DNA of 64,000 bases, taken from assembly GCF_009914755.1 (NCBI RefSeq), contig NC_060926.1; one strand, given 5' to 3'. Every line of letters starts with the position of its first letter. The first letter of the stretch is position 1. The DNA is from the human T2T-CHM13v2.0 reference genome, Homo sapiens. Under the pieces are notes generated by a model, which was not told where the DNA came from, did no database searches, and worked only from the letters and a program-made list of their open reading frames with translations. A program made the position numbers and the translations under genes. Positions 30,850 to 48,596 of this stretch are shown here, piece after piece.

Positions 30850-31245
30850 AGTTCAGAAGCTTGCATACTATCCTGGCAAAACAGGGATGGGAGTGGAGAG
30901 AGGAATTCTGTTGAGGGGCATCAAAGTCTAACAGGAAGAATGGATGGATCCAGGAACAGAGATCAACTTGTAAATAGTTCTCTTTGGAATTTGAATGAGC
31001 CTAGGAGACAGGATCTGTTCAAAGTGTGGTTACATTCTTGGTCTTACAGGGAGGGGAAGAAAAAACAATTGTTCTTTATTGTGGGTCCAGACATTAGGCA
31101 TATAAAGGAACTTCAGAGAACAACTTCATTCTGGCTTAGGGACAGTGAGTCAGGGAGAGCTTGAAGCTTTTTTTTTTTTTTTTTTTTTTTTTTGAGTTAG
31201 CATGTGGAAGAGTAGTACTTGGGGTATTGGTTTCTGAGCCCCAAC
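30850..31245 (-). mobile_element. MER34/MER39-like LTR fragment containing a ~26-nt T run
   Basis: Reverse complement reads gttggggctcagaaaccaatacccc, the start of this LTR group. Left end is uncertain. Confidence 0.5.
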
Positions 31246-33559
31246 CTTACAAATCTTCTGAAGCAGATCTTTTAGTACCCTTCAAAGAAAACAGAACCTT
31301 GGAACAGTAATGAGGCCAGGTTTATAAAACTCATAAATAGCAAAGCCAGGATTTTAATTAAAACCTCCTTGGCTAAAACAATTCTCTCTTTTTTACTGCA
31401 CACCACGAACTCAACTCTCAACAACAGTATCACTTGGTTGTGAGGTCAAGGCTTACAAATATGAAACAAAGTGTGAACCTCCTCACACAGGATATGGATC
31501 TGCTTCTCAATATATGGTCCTGACCAGGAGCTATAAAGAAAGAGGACTGGAGAAGGTGGGTCTGGAATAAGCCTCAGGCAACTTCCTATAGTAGGACTTC
31601 TCATATATACTATTTAATACCTGGAGAAAAGAGGCAGGACTTCCTCACTTAGACTCCCTGCTCACTAGATGGCGATTTCAATACCAAAGCCAAGGATCAA
31701 CGAATGAGCTGTGCTATCTTATCTTTAGAGATTATTTTCTAGTTGTATGACTCAACTGGCAATTTGTACTGATGATTTGATCTGTTCAAGTCCCCAAATT
31801 TTCTGAGTTATTGAGGTTTTGTTCCATGTAATATAACAACAATGGCATGAGTCAGGGTCGCTGAGCCCCTGTAAGCATGAGGACAGCTTAGCTACTATCC
31901 AGCGGAGCCAGGAGCGGGTGCTGGCCTGCCTGCAGGACACATGATTTTACCTCTCTGAGCTTCAGGTTGAGTTGCTTTCCTGTTTTTGTTTTTAGCTTTT
32001 TTATGTATAAAATGAAGAATACAATAATATCCTCATCTTCAAATTCTTAAAAGTCATTTCTTATTTAAACTTTCACCTCTTTACCTTTTTAGCTTAGAGA
32101 TAGGTTAGATGATGTGATCAAGTCAGAGGCCTCAGAGAAATAAAAGAACAAATAATGTTATCCATGGGGAGGGTGTGTCAAGAGTGAAGTATCACAGCAA
32201 TCTAAAGGCTTTCTTTGCTATGCATCAAGCTAGAAAGTTGCAATTGGGTGGATAGATCCTTCCAGGGCAACCTCCAACTGTGTTTGGAAGCTAACTACAG
32301 GGAACATTTGAAAGTTTGTAAAGATTTCCTGGAGACTCTGATACTGAAATAAGTCTCTGAATATCATATCCGATTTTTTATATTAAATGTACCTGGGTAA
32401 GATGCATGAGCTCCTACCTCTGTGAAGGGGAAAATACGCAGAGCAAAGCCTGGCCTGGGTTCAGATACCAGCTTCCTGCTGAATGGTGAGTGGACTTGGA
32501 CAAGTCAGAGTCCTGTTCTGAGCCTCCTTTTACTTCCCTGTAAAAATGAAGCTCAACCCTGTTGTATGAGATTCCTGACTGTATGTGAGTCAGGCACTAT
32601 AGGATCAAATGGTAACCACTAACTCAAGTTGTAACTATAGTATCAAATGCTAACTATTGTTATCAGATGGTAGCTACTATGATTTTGTCTTTAGTTCCAT
32701 GTGCTATAATCATCTGTTCCATGACCATCTCCCTGTGCTGAATACATTTCTCCCCCTCATTATATACTGTATTGTGTAGCATCCTCAATTTATTCTGAGT
32801 CTTTGGATAATTTGAAATGGATTACAATGACAGATGCATTTAAGGCTTAAATCTTACCATAGTATTGAATCAACTTGTAAACAATTTTTTGCCCCAGAAG
32901 GAAGAAATATTTATATTTTTCTTTGATGTCTGATTGTTTCCATATGTTATACCCAGATATATGGAGTCCAAGATAAGGTATAGAATAGTTGTCTCCAAAT
33001 TCTAGTGTGCATAAATATGTCCCTCTGCCAAACTTAGGTCTCTTTTTTAAAAGATCTCTTATTGCCTCTTTCTGGCTCAGATCTTTATTCTTCCTCAGGG
33101 GGATTGTTGCAATAGTCTCCTCGTCTTTTGGGGCCTTTGTATAGCTAGTTCCACTCTGGCTTCCAGAAAGGTCTCTCAGAAGGCCACGTCTTTATAAATC
33201 ATCAGTGATGCTTGAATTCAGAGTAATCAGCCTCCAAAAATTATTTCTGGAAAGACCTCAGGTGGTAAGATGATAAAATCACTAGTCGGAGCAGAATTAT
33301 TGAATAAGTGAGTTGGGAAACATTCTTAACTTACATAGTTACATGATGACTATTTCCCCTAAAAAAAAGTAAGATTACTAGGAAAAACAAAAGAGGAGAG
33401 AAGAAATATATATAGAGACTTAGGGTTCTGGGAAAAGGTAAATTTATTGTTTTGACTAGTGGTATGTTGATACATATTGGAAACTTGAGTTTTCAGCAAT
33501 GGGTTTAAAAGTGTAAAAATCTCAGGCCTGTCACGATTTAATAAGAGTTAATTTTCAAA

Positions 33560-33682
33560 GTTTCCTTTCCCTTCCCTTTCTCTTTCTTTCTTTCTTTTCT
33601 TCCTTCCTTCCCTCCTTTTCCTTCCTTCCTTTTCCTTCCTTCCTTCCTTCCTTTTCCTTCCTTCCTTCCTTCCTTCCTTCCT

Positions 33683-33751
<69 letters not shown>

Positions 33752-33786
33752 TTTCTTTATTTCCTCTTTCTTCTTCTTTTCTTTCT
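33560..33786. repeat. Compound polypyrimidine repeat (TTCC)n(TTTC)n
   Basis: About 225 bp that is almost purely C/T. Confidence 0.97.
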
Positions 33787-33787
33787 A

Positions 33788-33982
33788 CAATGCTTCTGAA
33801 ATTTTAACTTGCAAAAGAATTACCTGACACTATTATGAAATGCAACTTCCAGATCCCTATCCCCAGAGATTCTGGTTTAATAGGTCAGGATGGGGCCCAA
33901 TAATTTGCATGCCTATCTTGAAAGCTCAGAGTATGCCAATTGTCGTCGGTCTGAGGAACATACTCAGGGAACCAATACTTTA
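33788..33982. mobile_element. MER5-type hAT DNA transposon relic
   Basis: ccccagagattctggtttaataggtc...ggggccca...tttgcat motifs. Confidence 0.6.
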
Positions 33983-34524
33983 GAAGGTGTGTGTGCCCAC
34001 TGAGAAGGTTCAAGCCTTGCCGTATCTTTACATACCAACGACTTTACTTCCAGGCATCTGATGGCCTAGACTCAATTCAGCTTTGAATTACTGGGACAGT
34101 TTATATTGAGCTTGCTTATGTATTTATATTTTAAATATAAACCTTATTATTATGTAAATCTCATAGATTAATGTATCAGATCATGGAGGGTCAGGGTGAC
34201 GTCAATGTAATAAGAATGTTAGTCACAACAACATTCTCTACTTATATTTAGCAACTGTTGCTACGTTTTATCTTAACTAAAATGTGTGGTGGTTTTTAAG
34301 AAGAAAATGAAGTACAGATGCCGGCTTGGGTGGTGGTGAAGCTCTAGGCAGGCACAGTGCTTTCTTTGCCTTTCTCACAGAGCCAGAGGTCATCTGGCTC
34401 CTGTGTTGCCCTAATCAGACACCACAGGCCAAATCAAGCAGACACCAGGCTCTGGTGCAGTGTGTCCCGGGAGCCTGAAACATCTTTTGGGACCTGACCT
34501 ACAACATAACATCCCATCCTTTAA

Positions 34525-35065
34525 CTTTTTTTCAGGTTTATTGAAGCATATTTCATAGACCATACATTTCTCCTATTTAAAGTGTACAGGTTAGTGGTTT
34601 GTAGCATACTCACCTGGCTGTGCAAGCCTTCTTCACTATCTTAATTGTAGAACATTTCGATGCCCCAAAAAGTGACCCCATACATGGTAAGTCATTCCTC
34701 ATCTCCCCTCCACCACCCCCAGCCCCTGCAGTCACTAATGTACTTTCTGTCTCTATAGGCTTGTCTAATTTGGACATTTAACATAAATGGAATCATACAA
34801 TATATGCTCTCCTATGACTGGCTTCTTTCATTTAGCACGTTTTCACGATTTATCTGTGTTGTAGCATGTCTCATTCCTTTTCACTGCCTAGTAACATTTC
34901 ATGGTATGGAAATACCACATTTGTTTATCCATTCATTGGTTGGTAGGCTTTTGGGTTGTTTCCACTTTTTGACTATTATGAATAATGGACATGCATATGT
35001 CAGCTTTTATTTGGGCACATGTGTTCATTTCTCTTAAATATATACCTGCAAGTGAGATTGCTGAC
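34525..35065 (-). mobile_element. L1MB-like 3' fragment
   Basis: Antisense L1M 3'UTR motifs (tttaaagtgtaca, ataaatggaatcatacaatat, tttatccattca). Confidence 0.75.
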
Positions 35066-35381
35066 TTAACCTCCTGCCTCCTTTTTCGACTTTGTACCTT
35101 GACATAATTTATAGTAAACTTTGAACAAAAAAAAGCACTGTGAGGTTCTGTGTACCCCAGTTTCCCCTGTGCTAATATCTTACGTATTTATGGCACGATA
35201 TTTAAAAGGAAATTGATGTCGGTATACTATATGGAGCTTACTCAGATTGTATCCTTTTTACGTGAACTCAGTTGTGTGTGTGTTTAGTTCCCTGGAATTT
35301 TAACCACATGTAGACTTGCACAATCACTGCCATAATCAAGAAGCAGAATAGTTTCATCATGAGGATTCCTCCTGCTATCCT

Positions 35382-35761
35382 TGCTGTGGTTTGAATGTGT
35401 TCCCCAAAGTTCACATGTTGAAAACTTAATGCTTAATGCAGCAGTGTTGGGAGGTGGGACCTTTAAGAGGTGATTAGGCCATGAGTGCTCTGACTTCCTG
35501 AATGGGTTAATGCTGTTATTATGGGAGTGGGTTAGTTACTATGTTTCTCATCAAAGGATGAGTTTTCCCCTCCCTCTCTCTCTCTGTCTCCCTGCCATTC
35601 CACCTTCTACCAACGGATGATATAGGAAGAAGGTCCTCACTAGATGCAGTCCCCTGGACCTTGGACTTGCAAGCTTCTAGAACCATAAAAAAATAAAACT
35701 TTGTACTTTATAAATTACTAGGTCTCACATACCCTATTATAGCAGACAGCGAACTAAGACA
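35382..35761 (+). mobile_element. MaLR solo LTR (MST/MLT1A type) inserted in an old L1M fragment
   Basis: TG...CA termini, AATAAA, 5-bp TSD atcct at 35377 and 35762. Confidence 0.85.
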
Positions 35762-37479
35762 ATCCTGTTATGGCCGCACCTGCACTCTCCTATCTCCGTT
35801 TGTAACCTGTAGCAACCACTAATCTGGTTCCATCTCTACCAATCTCCTTTTAGGTAATGAAAATGTTACAGAACCTATGTCTATTTTCAGCCTGTACCAG
35901 CTATGTGCAGACTGGGACACCAAAAGATCTATTTTCTAATTTAATCCCCAGACACATTGTTTGAACTAATTTCAGCACTCCCATTAGTTTTAACATATTT
36001 ATTTTTCTTTTCTTCACTGAAATAAGGCCAAGGCAAAGTCCCTCAAACCTACCGCACAAGGGGTTTGATAAACTTAATTAAATAAATGGCTGCTAAATGC
36101 AAAATGCTTCACAAGCATTTACTTAATTACTAGAATTAATTTGATCCTATTGATGTCCGTAGGCTGTGCATGGAGATCTGTAACTAAATATGCAGTCATG
36201 TGGTAAATATTATATTGCTGGGGACATAGGAACAAAGGAAGAAACAGGACTGATACATTTTTAAGGCCTTAAAAATATGTACTCAGCTTCTTGTCTATTT
36301 CTATAGTTTTACAATAGGAATATAAATGGCAGTGCAGAAACACCACATCTCTGACCTTGATACTTGAAAAGGTGAGGTCTAAATAAAACTATTTCGCTGT
36401 CTGAATACTATCATTATCTTTAATGAGAGTGGGCATCACAAGGACATTTCAAATTGTACCTTAGGCAATAAATTAGCTGCCAGAACTATATTCAGACTAT
36501 TTTCCTCAAAAATGAAAACACTGATCCATCTGCTCTGTCCAGCTACATTATACATCTGTTCACATTAATATAAAAATCTATTCTGAAGAGACTTAATATG
36601 TCTATCGTTGTCCTTTTCATTGAAGAGCACATATCTTTCTGAGTACCCCTAATACCAGACCTTCAAATGCAACAATAGGTTTACTAGTTACTGTTTTTTC
36701 TAATGGAGACAAATCTTGTTACTGATAATGTTTATTTTGCTTTTCCTTCACACGCCCATCTTCTTCCCAACAGAAAATGTGATGATTTCCTCAAAGATGA
36801 CCTTCAATGCTAATTTAGAGCTTGTGTAAGATGTAGCAAGTCATTTCATATACAGTGGATGGTAATCTCTGTCTTGAGCTTTACTAGGTATTGCAGAGAA
36901 CAAAGATATTGCCATAGAATTTTTAAGTTTAGCTCAATTTAACCTTTACCAAAGGTTAAACAAGAGAGATCAAAATGCTAATCCAAGGATTTCCATACAT
37001 AGCAGTGGAGAAAGAGAAAGGAAGTCTACCTAACTCAGACTGATGATATGGAAAGGCTTTCTGGAGGAAGGAAGCCTTGGATTTAGTCTTGATGAACATA
37101 CATATTACACCGATATGTCACCATGTTGCACCCTTGTTGCACTGTTGCTGTTCTATACTGAGAAGGAGCCACCCTGCACTCATATAGTGAACACCTACTC
37201 ATATTTTAAAGCTTACCTTAATGGTGGGAACATTTATGGTGTCTTCTCTACCTCTGCAGAAAAGATTACTTTATAATTACAAGCAGTTCAAAAAATGCTT
37301 GTTTATGGAACAATGTAAAACCAACAAAATAAGTCTTCATCAAACAAGTCTTGCTTTTATTCTTATTCCTTCTTCCTCTTCCTTTCCATTCTCTATACAT
37401 AACCTTTATAAAAATGCTGTTTTCTTAAAAAAGATAAGCAAATACAAATAAGTTCATACCCCCATTTATTAGATAAACA

Positions 37480-38612
37480 TTAGCATAGTATACCTGCATT
37501 GTCTGTGCTTTTCTCTCATAGCTATATATTCAGAAGCTCAGCTTGTAGTGTTACGTGTGGGGATGCTTCATTCCTGTTCAAAGCTGAACTATATTCCATG
37601 AGTGCAACATAGTTTATTCAACTAGTCCTCAATTGATGAACACCGAGGATGATTTCTGTCTTTTTGCAAGCACAAATGGTGTTTTTAAAAAAATATGGAA
37701 ACATCTTTTTTCCCCCATTTTTTACCAGTGTTTCTTAGAGCAGATCACTAGACATGGTGTTTCTGGGTCAAAGTTTAAATGTATCTGTAATTTTGCTAGA
37801 TATTGCTAAATTCCACATTTAGGATTTGTATGATTTTTGCATTCCCTCTCAGCCACATATATATATGTATACGTGTGTATATATATATGTGTGTGTGTGT
37901 GTGTGTATCAAAATAAAAGGGTAAATGGACAAATATTTATATATAATTAGCAGTGATCCAATATCTATGCTCATGATATGAGTGACCACTCATAGAAAAA
38001 TAAATGCAAATAAATCTACAACACATAAAAACATGTCTGACCTTGCTTATAGGAAAAAAAAATGCTAAAGAAAATGACATTGAAATCCAATTTTTCACAT
38101 ATCAAATTAGCAATGATCCAAAAGATTGACAACACTCCACTGCTAAGCCTGCTAGGGAAAAGGCCTTTCCCCTATAATATAACTAATATTCTCATTTTCA
38201 TTAGCACTTATTTTTCTATAAGTAACGTCAGACATCTTTTATGTGTTTTAGATTTATTTGCATTTATTTTTCTATGAGTCTCCACTCATATCATCAGCAT
38301 ATATTCCTATAGGTTGCTACCTATTGTGTCTTTATTTTTAACTTGTAAAAGTATATTAGAAATGTTAGTGCTTTGTGATGCAAATTGTAATTTTTCCCAG
38401 TTTGTCCATTTGCCCTTTTTTTGTTTATTGTATCTTTTGCCATTCAAAAATGTTTGTTTATTTTTTTAATTTATTTTGAATATTAGGAAATTTATCTATA
38501 TTTTTGTTCATTGCTTCTGGATTTTGAATCATTGTTAGTAATACTTTTGCTGCTTCTAATTTACATAGAAATTCAGCCTTGTTTTTCTCTAGTACATGTA
38601 TGTATTCTATTT
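37480..38612 (-). mobile_element. Ancient L1M fragment (with internal inversion-duplication), continuing at 44692-~44830 beyond the young L1
   Basis: Degenerate antisense ORF2-3' sequence. The two flanks of the young L1 rejoin into continuous L1-like sequence. Confidence 0.6.
37857..37906. repeat. (TA)n/(TG)n microsatellite
   Basis: Direct reading. Confidence 0.93.
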
Positions 38613-38864
38613 TTCAATATTTATTTAGTTATTTATTTATTATTATTATTATTTTTTTAATTATACTTTAAGTTTTAGGGTACATGTGCACATAGTGCAG
38701 GTTAGTTACATATGTATACATGTGCCATGCTGGTGCGCTGCACCCACTAACTCGTCATCTAGCATTAGGTATATCTCCCAATGCTATCCCTCCCCCCTCC
38801 CACCTCCCCACCACAGTCCCCAGAGTGTGATATTCCCCTTCCTGTGTCCATGTGATCTCATTGT

Positions 38865-42692
<3,828 letters not shown>

Positions 42693-42755
42693 TATGATGT
42701 TAGCTGGTGATTTTGCTCGTTAGTTGATGCAGTTTATTCCTAGTCTCGATGGTCT

Positions 42756-43773
42756 TTACATTTTGGCATGATTTTGCAGCGGCTGGTACCGGTTGTTCCT
42801 TTCCATGTTTAGCGCTTCCTTCAGGAGCTCTTTTAGGGCAGGCCTGGTGGTGACAAAATCTCTCAGCATTTGCTTGTCTGTGAAGTATTTTATTTCTCCT
42901 TCACTTATGAAGCTTAGTTTGGCTGGATATGAAATTCTGGGTTGAAAATTCTTTTCTTTAAGAATGTTGAATATTGGCCCCCACTCTCTTCTGGCTTGTA
43001 GGGTTTCTGCCAAGAGATCCGCTGTTAGTCTGATGGGCTTCCCTTTGAGGGTAACCCGAACTTTTTCTCTGGCTGCCCTTAACATTTTTTTCCTTCATTT
43101 CAACTTTGGTGAATCCGACAATTATGTGTCTTGGAGTTGCTCTTCTCGAGGAGTATCTTTGTGGCGTTCTCTGTATTTCCTGAATCTGAACGTTGGCCTG
43201 CCTTGCTAGATTGGAGAAGTTCTCCTGGATAATATCCTGCAGAGTGTTTTCCAACTTGGTTCCATTCTCCGCATCACTTTCAGGCACACCAATCAGACGT
43301 AGATTTGGTCTTTTCACATAGTCCCATATTTCTTGGAGGCTTTGCTCATTTCTTTTTATTCTTTTTTCTCTAAACTTCCCTTCTTGCTTCATTTCATTCA
43401 TTTCATCTTCCATTGCTGATACCCTTTCTTCCAGTTGATCGCATCGGCTCCTGAGGCTTCTGCATTCTTCACTTAGTTCTCGAGCCTTGGGTTTCAGCTC
43501 CATCAGCTCCTTTAAGCACTTCTCTGTATTGGTTATTCTAGTTATACATTCTTCTAAATTTTTTTCAAAGTTTTCAACTTCTTTGCCTTTGGTTTGAATG
43601 TCCTCCCGTAGCTCAGAGTAATTTGATCGTCTGAAGCCTTCTTCTCTCAGCTCATCAAAATCATTCTCCATCCAGCTTTGTTCCGTTGCTGGTGAGGAAC
43701 TGCGTTCCTTTGGAGGAGGAGAGGCGCTCTGCATTTTAGAGTTTCCAGTTTTTCTGTTCTGTTTTTTCCCCAT
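42756..43773 (-). pseudogene. L1 ORF1 (RNA-binding p40), +1 frameshift near 43085-43091
   Basis: MGKKQNRKTGNSK... ORF leaves frame after KVEMKEK. The C-terminal part (MLRAAREK...NHAKM) is in another frame. Confidence 0.93.
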
Positions 43774-44680
43774 CTTTGTGGTTTTATCTACTTTTGGTCT
43801 TTGATGATGGTGATGTACAGATGGGTTTTTGGTGTGGATGTCCTTTCTGTTTGTTAGTTTTCCTTCTAACAGACAGGACCCTCAGCTGCAGGTCTGTTGG
43901 AATACCCTGCCGTGTGAGGTGTCAGTGTGCCCCTGCTGGGGGGTGCCTCCCAGTTAGGCTGCTCGGGGGTCAGGGGTCAGGGACCCACTTGAGGAGGCAG
44001 TCTGCCCATTCTCAGATCTCCAGCTGCGTGCTGGGAGAACCACTGCTCTCTTCAAGGCTGTCAGACAGGGACATTTAAGTCTGCAGAGGTTACTGCTGTC
44101 TTTTTGTTTGTCTGTGCCCTGCCCCCAGAGGTGGAGCCTACAGAGGCAGGCAGGCCTCCTTGAGCTGTGGTGGGCTCCACCCAGTTTGAGCTTCCCGGCT
44201 GCTTTGTTTACCTAATCAAGCCTGGGCAATGGCGGGCGCCCCTCCCCCAGCCTCGCTGCCGCCTTGCAGTTTGATCTCAGACTGCTGTCCTAGCAATCAG
44301 CGAGATTCCGTGGGCATAGGACCCTCCGAGCCAGGTGTGGGATATAGTCTTGTGGTGCGCCGTTTTTTAAGCCGGTCTGAAAAGCGCAATATTCAGGTGG
44401 GAGTGACCCGATTTTCCAGGTGCGTCCGTCACCCCTTTCTTTGACTCGGAAAGGGAACTCCCTGACCCCTTGCGCTTCCCAGGTGAGGCAATGCCTCGCC
44501 CTGCTTCGGCTCACGCACGGTGCGCACACCCACTGGCCTGCGCCCACTGTCTGGCACTCCCTAGTGAGATGAACCCGGTACCTCAGATGGAAATGCAGAA
44601 ATCACCCGTCTTCTGCGTCGCTCACGCTGGGAGCTGTAGACCGGAGCTGTTCCTATTCGGCCATCTTGGCTCCTCCCACC
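43774..44680. promoter_or_regulatory. L1 5'UTR bidirectional promoter (sense promoter fires -, antisense promoter fires + into the host gene); YY1 site intact at 44659-44668
   Basis: CpG-rich full-length 5'UTR with CAAGATGGCC on the minus strand. Activity is inferred from L1 biology. Confidence 0.7.
44229..44444 (+). CDS. L1 ORF0 (71 aa, antisense 5'UTR ORF), intact
   Basis: MAGAPPPASLPPCSLISDCC...RCVRHPFL with strong Kozak context gcaATGG. Splice donors after nt 106 (44334) and nt 191 (44419). Expression is not shown. Confidence 0.8.
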   Translation: MAGAPPPASLPPCSLISDCCPSNQRDSVGIGPSEPGVGYSLVVRRFLSRSEKRNIQVGVTRFSRCVRHPFL

Positions 44681-45234
44681 TTCAATATTTAAATCTCTGA
44701 TTCAATTAAAATTTGATCCTGGTCTGCAGTATGAGGAGTGGATTTAATTTCATCTTTTTCCATATAGTTTCCCAATTATCTCAATACCACATGTAATTTT
44801 TTTTGTTTTTCTACTGATTTGAGTTGCCTTTATCAACAAATATCTATAGTTGTGAATTATTTATTTAAATATTTAGATAAATTATTAAATATTGAACCTC
44901 TCTTGATTTTTTGGATTAAACATTCCCTTGGCCATTATGTAATTTTAAAATACGTTATTTAGTTCTGTTTGCTGACACTATATTTAAAATTTTGTGATTG
45001 ATATTCATGAGTGATTCTATAATTTTGGTTTTCTTTCTTTATGATGTTTGTCAGGTTAAGGATCAGCTTTGCATTTACTTTACATAACAAATGTGGAAGA
45101 TGGGAAGATATCTTTCTTCTTCTGTTCTTTGGAGAAATAGAAGTACCAGTGAGATGATTTGTTCTTTAAAAGGTTCATTTGAGAAACCATTTACTCTCAC
45201 AATATTACAATCTTACTATATTATCTCAGGGAGT

Positions 45235-45345
45235 TTTTTTGTTTTTGTTTTTGTTTTTGGAGATGGAGTATTACTTACTCAGTGACCCAGGCTGGAATGC
45301 AATGGCAAAAATGTGGCTTATTGCAGCCTCAAACTCATGGGTTGG
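45235..45345 (-). mobile_element. Degenerate Alu (J/FAM-like) fragment
   Basis: (TTTTTG)n tail plus gagatggagt...cccaggctggaatgcaatggc. Confidence 0.65.
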
Positions 45346-45873
45346 GGGGAGCTCCTTAAATACTTTTCCTATTTTTTATAGGAACAGGTCGATTTAAATT
45401 TTGTGTCAGATTGAGGTTAATGTTGGTAAGTTTAAGACGCTGAATAACTTGAGATTTAGAACCATGTCTTTTTTTTTTGCATGTAATTTTCTCAGAGCTT
45501 ACCTTAGATTAGTGAAAAACAAGTGCATTCTCAATAAACGTGTGTGGAGTATTTGTTCCATAATGTGTTAGGCAAGCAATGTAGGCCGAATAATTTAGTA
45601 AACAAAAGTGTATGCTTGTACTTCCTGAAACAGTTGGTGAATTGCACATGTGTGTTTAACTTTGTTTCCTTACACTCCTCATGAAGAATAGTAAATGGTT
45701 TTTTTTTTTATTTTTATTTTTTAATGGCTCTGTAAGCCAGCAGCAAATCAGAGGAACTCTTTGTCGTTTACCATCTCCAAAACAGCAACTTCAGTGATGG
45801 GGTGCTCATAGGAGACTGAAAATTCACCTGGCTAGAAATTAGGCTAGAAATGAGGGAAGCTGAAGGAGAAGGT

Positions 45874-45963
45874 AGCCCATCTGGAGTAACGCACTAGTAA
45901 CATGTATCAGTAGATGAGCCCATCTGGCTGCCACACACTAGTAACATGTATCAGTAGATGAGC
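45874..45963. repeat. 43/44-bp tandem duplication with a divergent middle
   Basis: agcccatctgg-[agtaacg|ctgccaca]-cactagtaacatgtatcagtagatg, twice. Confidence 0.9.
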
Positions 45964-46232
45964 AATGATGTGTGTAATCTACAGTAGCACATCCTGCCCT
46001 TCATTGACCTTACACACATGGAATCAATGTCTGTGCTATGCTCTTGCACCTGCCGCATCTCATGTAAAATGTCTGTTGTGGGATATGCTGACCAGAGCTA
46101 TGCAAGGAAAGGAATTCTGGTAAATGTAGTTCCAGTTTGGCTTAAATTGACACAACTTGAATCCACCACAATGGCATGACAAAAGGAGACAAATACAGGG
46201 GCACACACACAAAAACCCCCAAAATACAACAA

Positions 46233-46240
<8 letters not shown>

Positions 46241-46285
<45 letters not shown>

Positions 46286-46293
46286 AAGAGAGA
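46241..46293. repeat. (GA)n microsatellite
   Basis: Direct reading. Confidence 0.95.
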
Positions 46294-47570
46294 AGCAAAA
46301 ACCACAGGGGAAAAGGGCAAGAAAATGTTGAAAGCAGAAAGTGAGTAGACGAATAGGAACAGGTAACAGATTAACATAATTATAATGCTGAATCTTAATT
46401 TACATGCAGTGAAATCCAAGAAACAAACAAATCCACATTACAAAATCCCCCAAAGGCACAGAAGTAGGAATCATCAGTCACCTTTGCAAGTGAAGGTGAA
46501 GGTAAGATAAATACAGGAAGAGTAAATCTACATCTGTGTAAGAAGTAGTTAGATTATCAATCCTCTTTCCAGTTGTGGACACTTGGTGATTGCTCCTTCA
46601 CCACTGAGAGAGAAGACTGGAAGTTTTTCTTTTGGAGAAAACACAATTCCTAAAACTGAGAGAAAACATGTATGGTTGAAGAAGGTTGTACCATATTGAA
46701 AATGGGGTAAGGTATGAAAACATTTATATAGAAAGAATGCTAAGACCTGGCCTTCTTCTCTTCAGCTCCGAGATATTCCACAGCCAAGCATACATCCTCT
46801 AAATCATAGACTCTAACAAGAGCAAGAGAAAGACAAAAGACACTAACGTGAGCATTTCTCACAAAATTCTTCAGCCAGATAAGCCTACATTAAAGTCCTT
46901 GGAAGGCAAACCACAGACATTTGTTTACAAATACCAAGTAGTATTTCAGGGACCACTATCAAATACGAGAGAACATCCCAGAAAGCACTATTACATGAAA
47001 TGTAAGATAGAGACCAAAACAAAACACACAACAATTAAAGCAATTAACCAAACAAGCACAGCTTAAAGGGAACAGCCTATACGGAGCAAAGAAAGGATCA
47101 AAGGTACTGTAATATGATTAATATTCTTAGAGACATGAATGAAGTATTGCGTCAATGAGTCAAGCATCACGTGCTATTAGAGAAAATAATATTTAAAGGA
47201 AAAAAAACCAATCTTCTATAATTTTAAAAATACTACAACTGAAATAGCTTAAAACGGAAACAACCCAAATGTTCTTCAGTGGATTAATTATTAAACTGTA
47301 GTATGTCCATGTTATGAAATACTACTCAGCAGTGAAACTGGAATTGACAACTGATACATCACAAAGCTTGAATGGATCTCAAGGGAATTATTTTTAGTGA
47401 AAAAGGCCAGTTTTAAAAGGAATATCCAGCTTGAGGGTGAGGAGATGCTTTGGGGAGACAACTGTAACCAGACGGGTAGCTCAATATCCCATATTACAGC
47501 AAGTCAGAAGAATCCAGAAGATACTTTTGATTTTCAAACACATTTTCAAACATATGAAAAAGACAAAATC

Positions 47571-47905
<335 letters not shown>

Positions 47906-47984
47906 TCATTCAGGCTCAACAGTTATCAATATTCTCTCATTTTTATTTCGACTATCCCCTCCTCACTTGTTTGATGCAACATCT

Positions 47985-48297
<313 letters not shown>

Positions 48298-48497
48298 GAT
48301 GGAGAATTTTAGAAACAAATTGTGGACATATAATTTTACTACAACTACAGTATTCATAGTGAACAACTCTCTAACACAGGACAACTCATCTTTTAAAACA
48401 TAATCACACTGCCATAATTGTAACTATCAAAATTAAAAATACTTAATATAATCTGTTATAAAATCTGATCTATAATTTTTGTGGTTATCTTAAAACA

Positions 48498-48596
48498 TCT
48501 TCCCTCTCTCCCTCCCTCCCTCCCTCCCTTCTTTCCTTCCTACCTTCCTTCCTTCCTTCTTCTTTTCTTCCTTTCTTTCTTTCTCATCTTTTCTTT
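48498..48596. repeat. (CCCT/CCTT/CTTT)n low-complexity repeat
   Basis: Direct reading. Confidence 0.9.
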
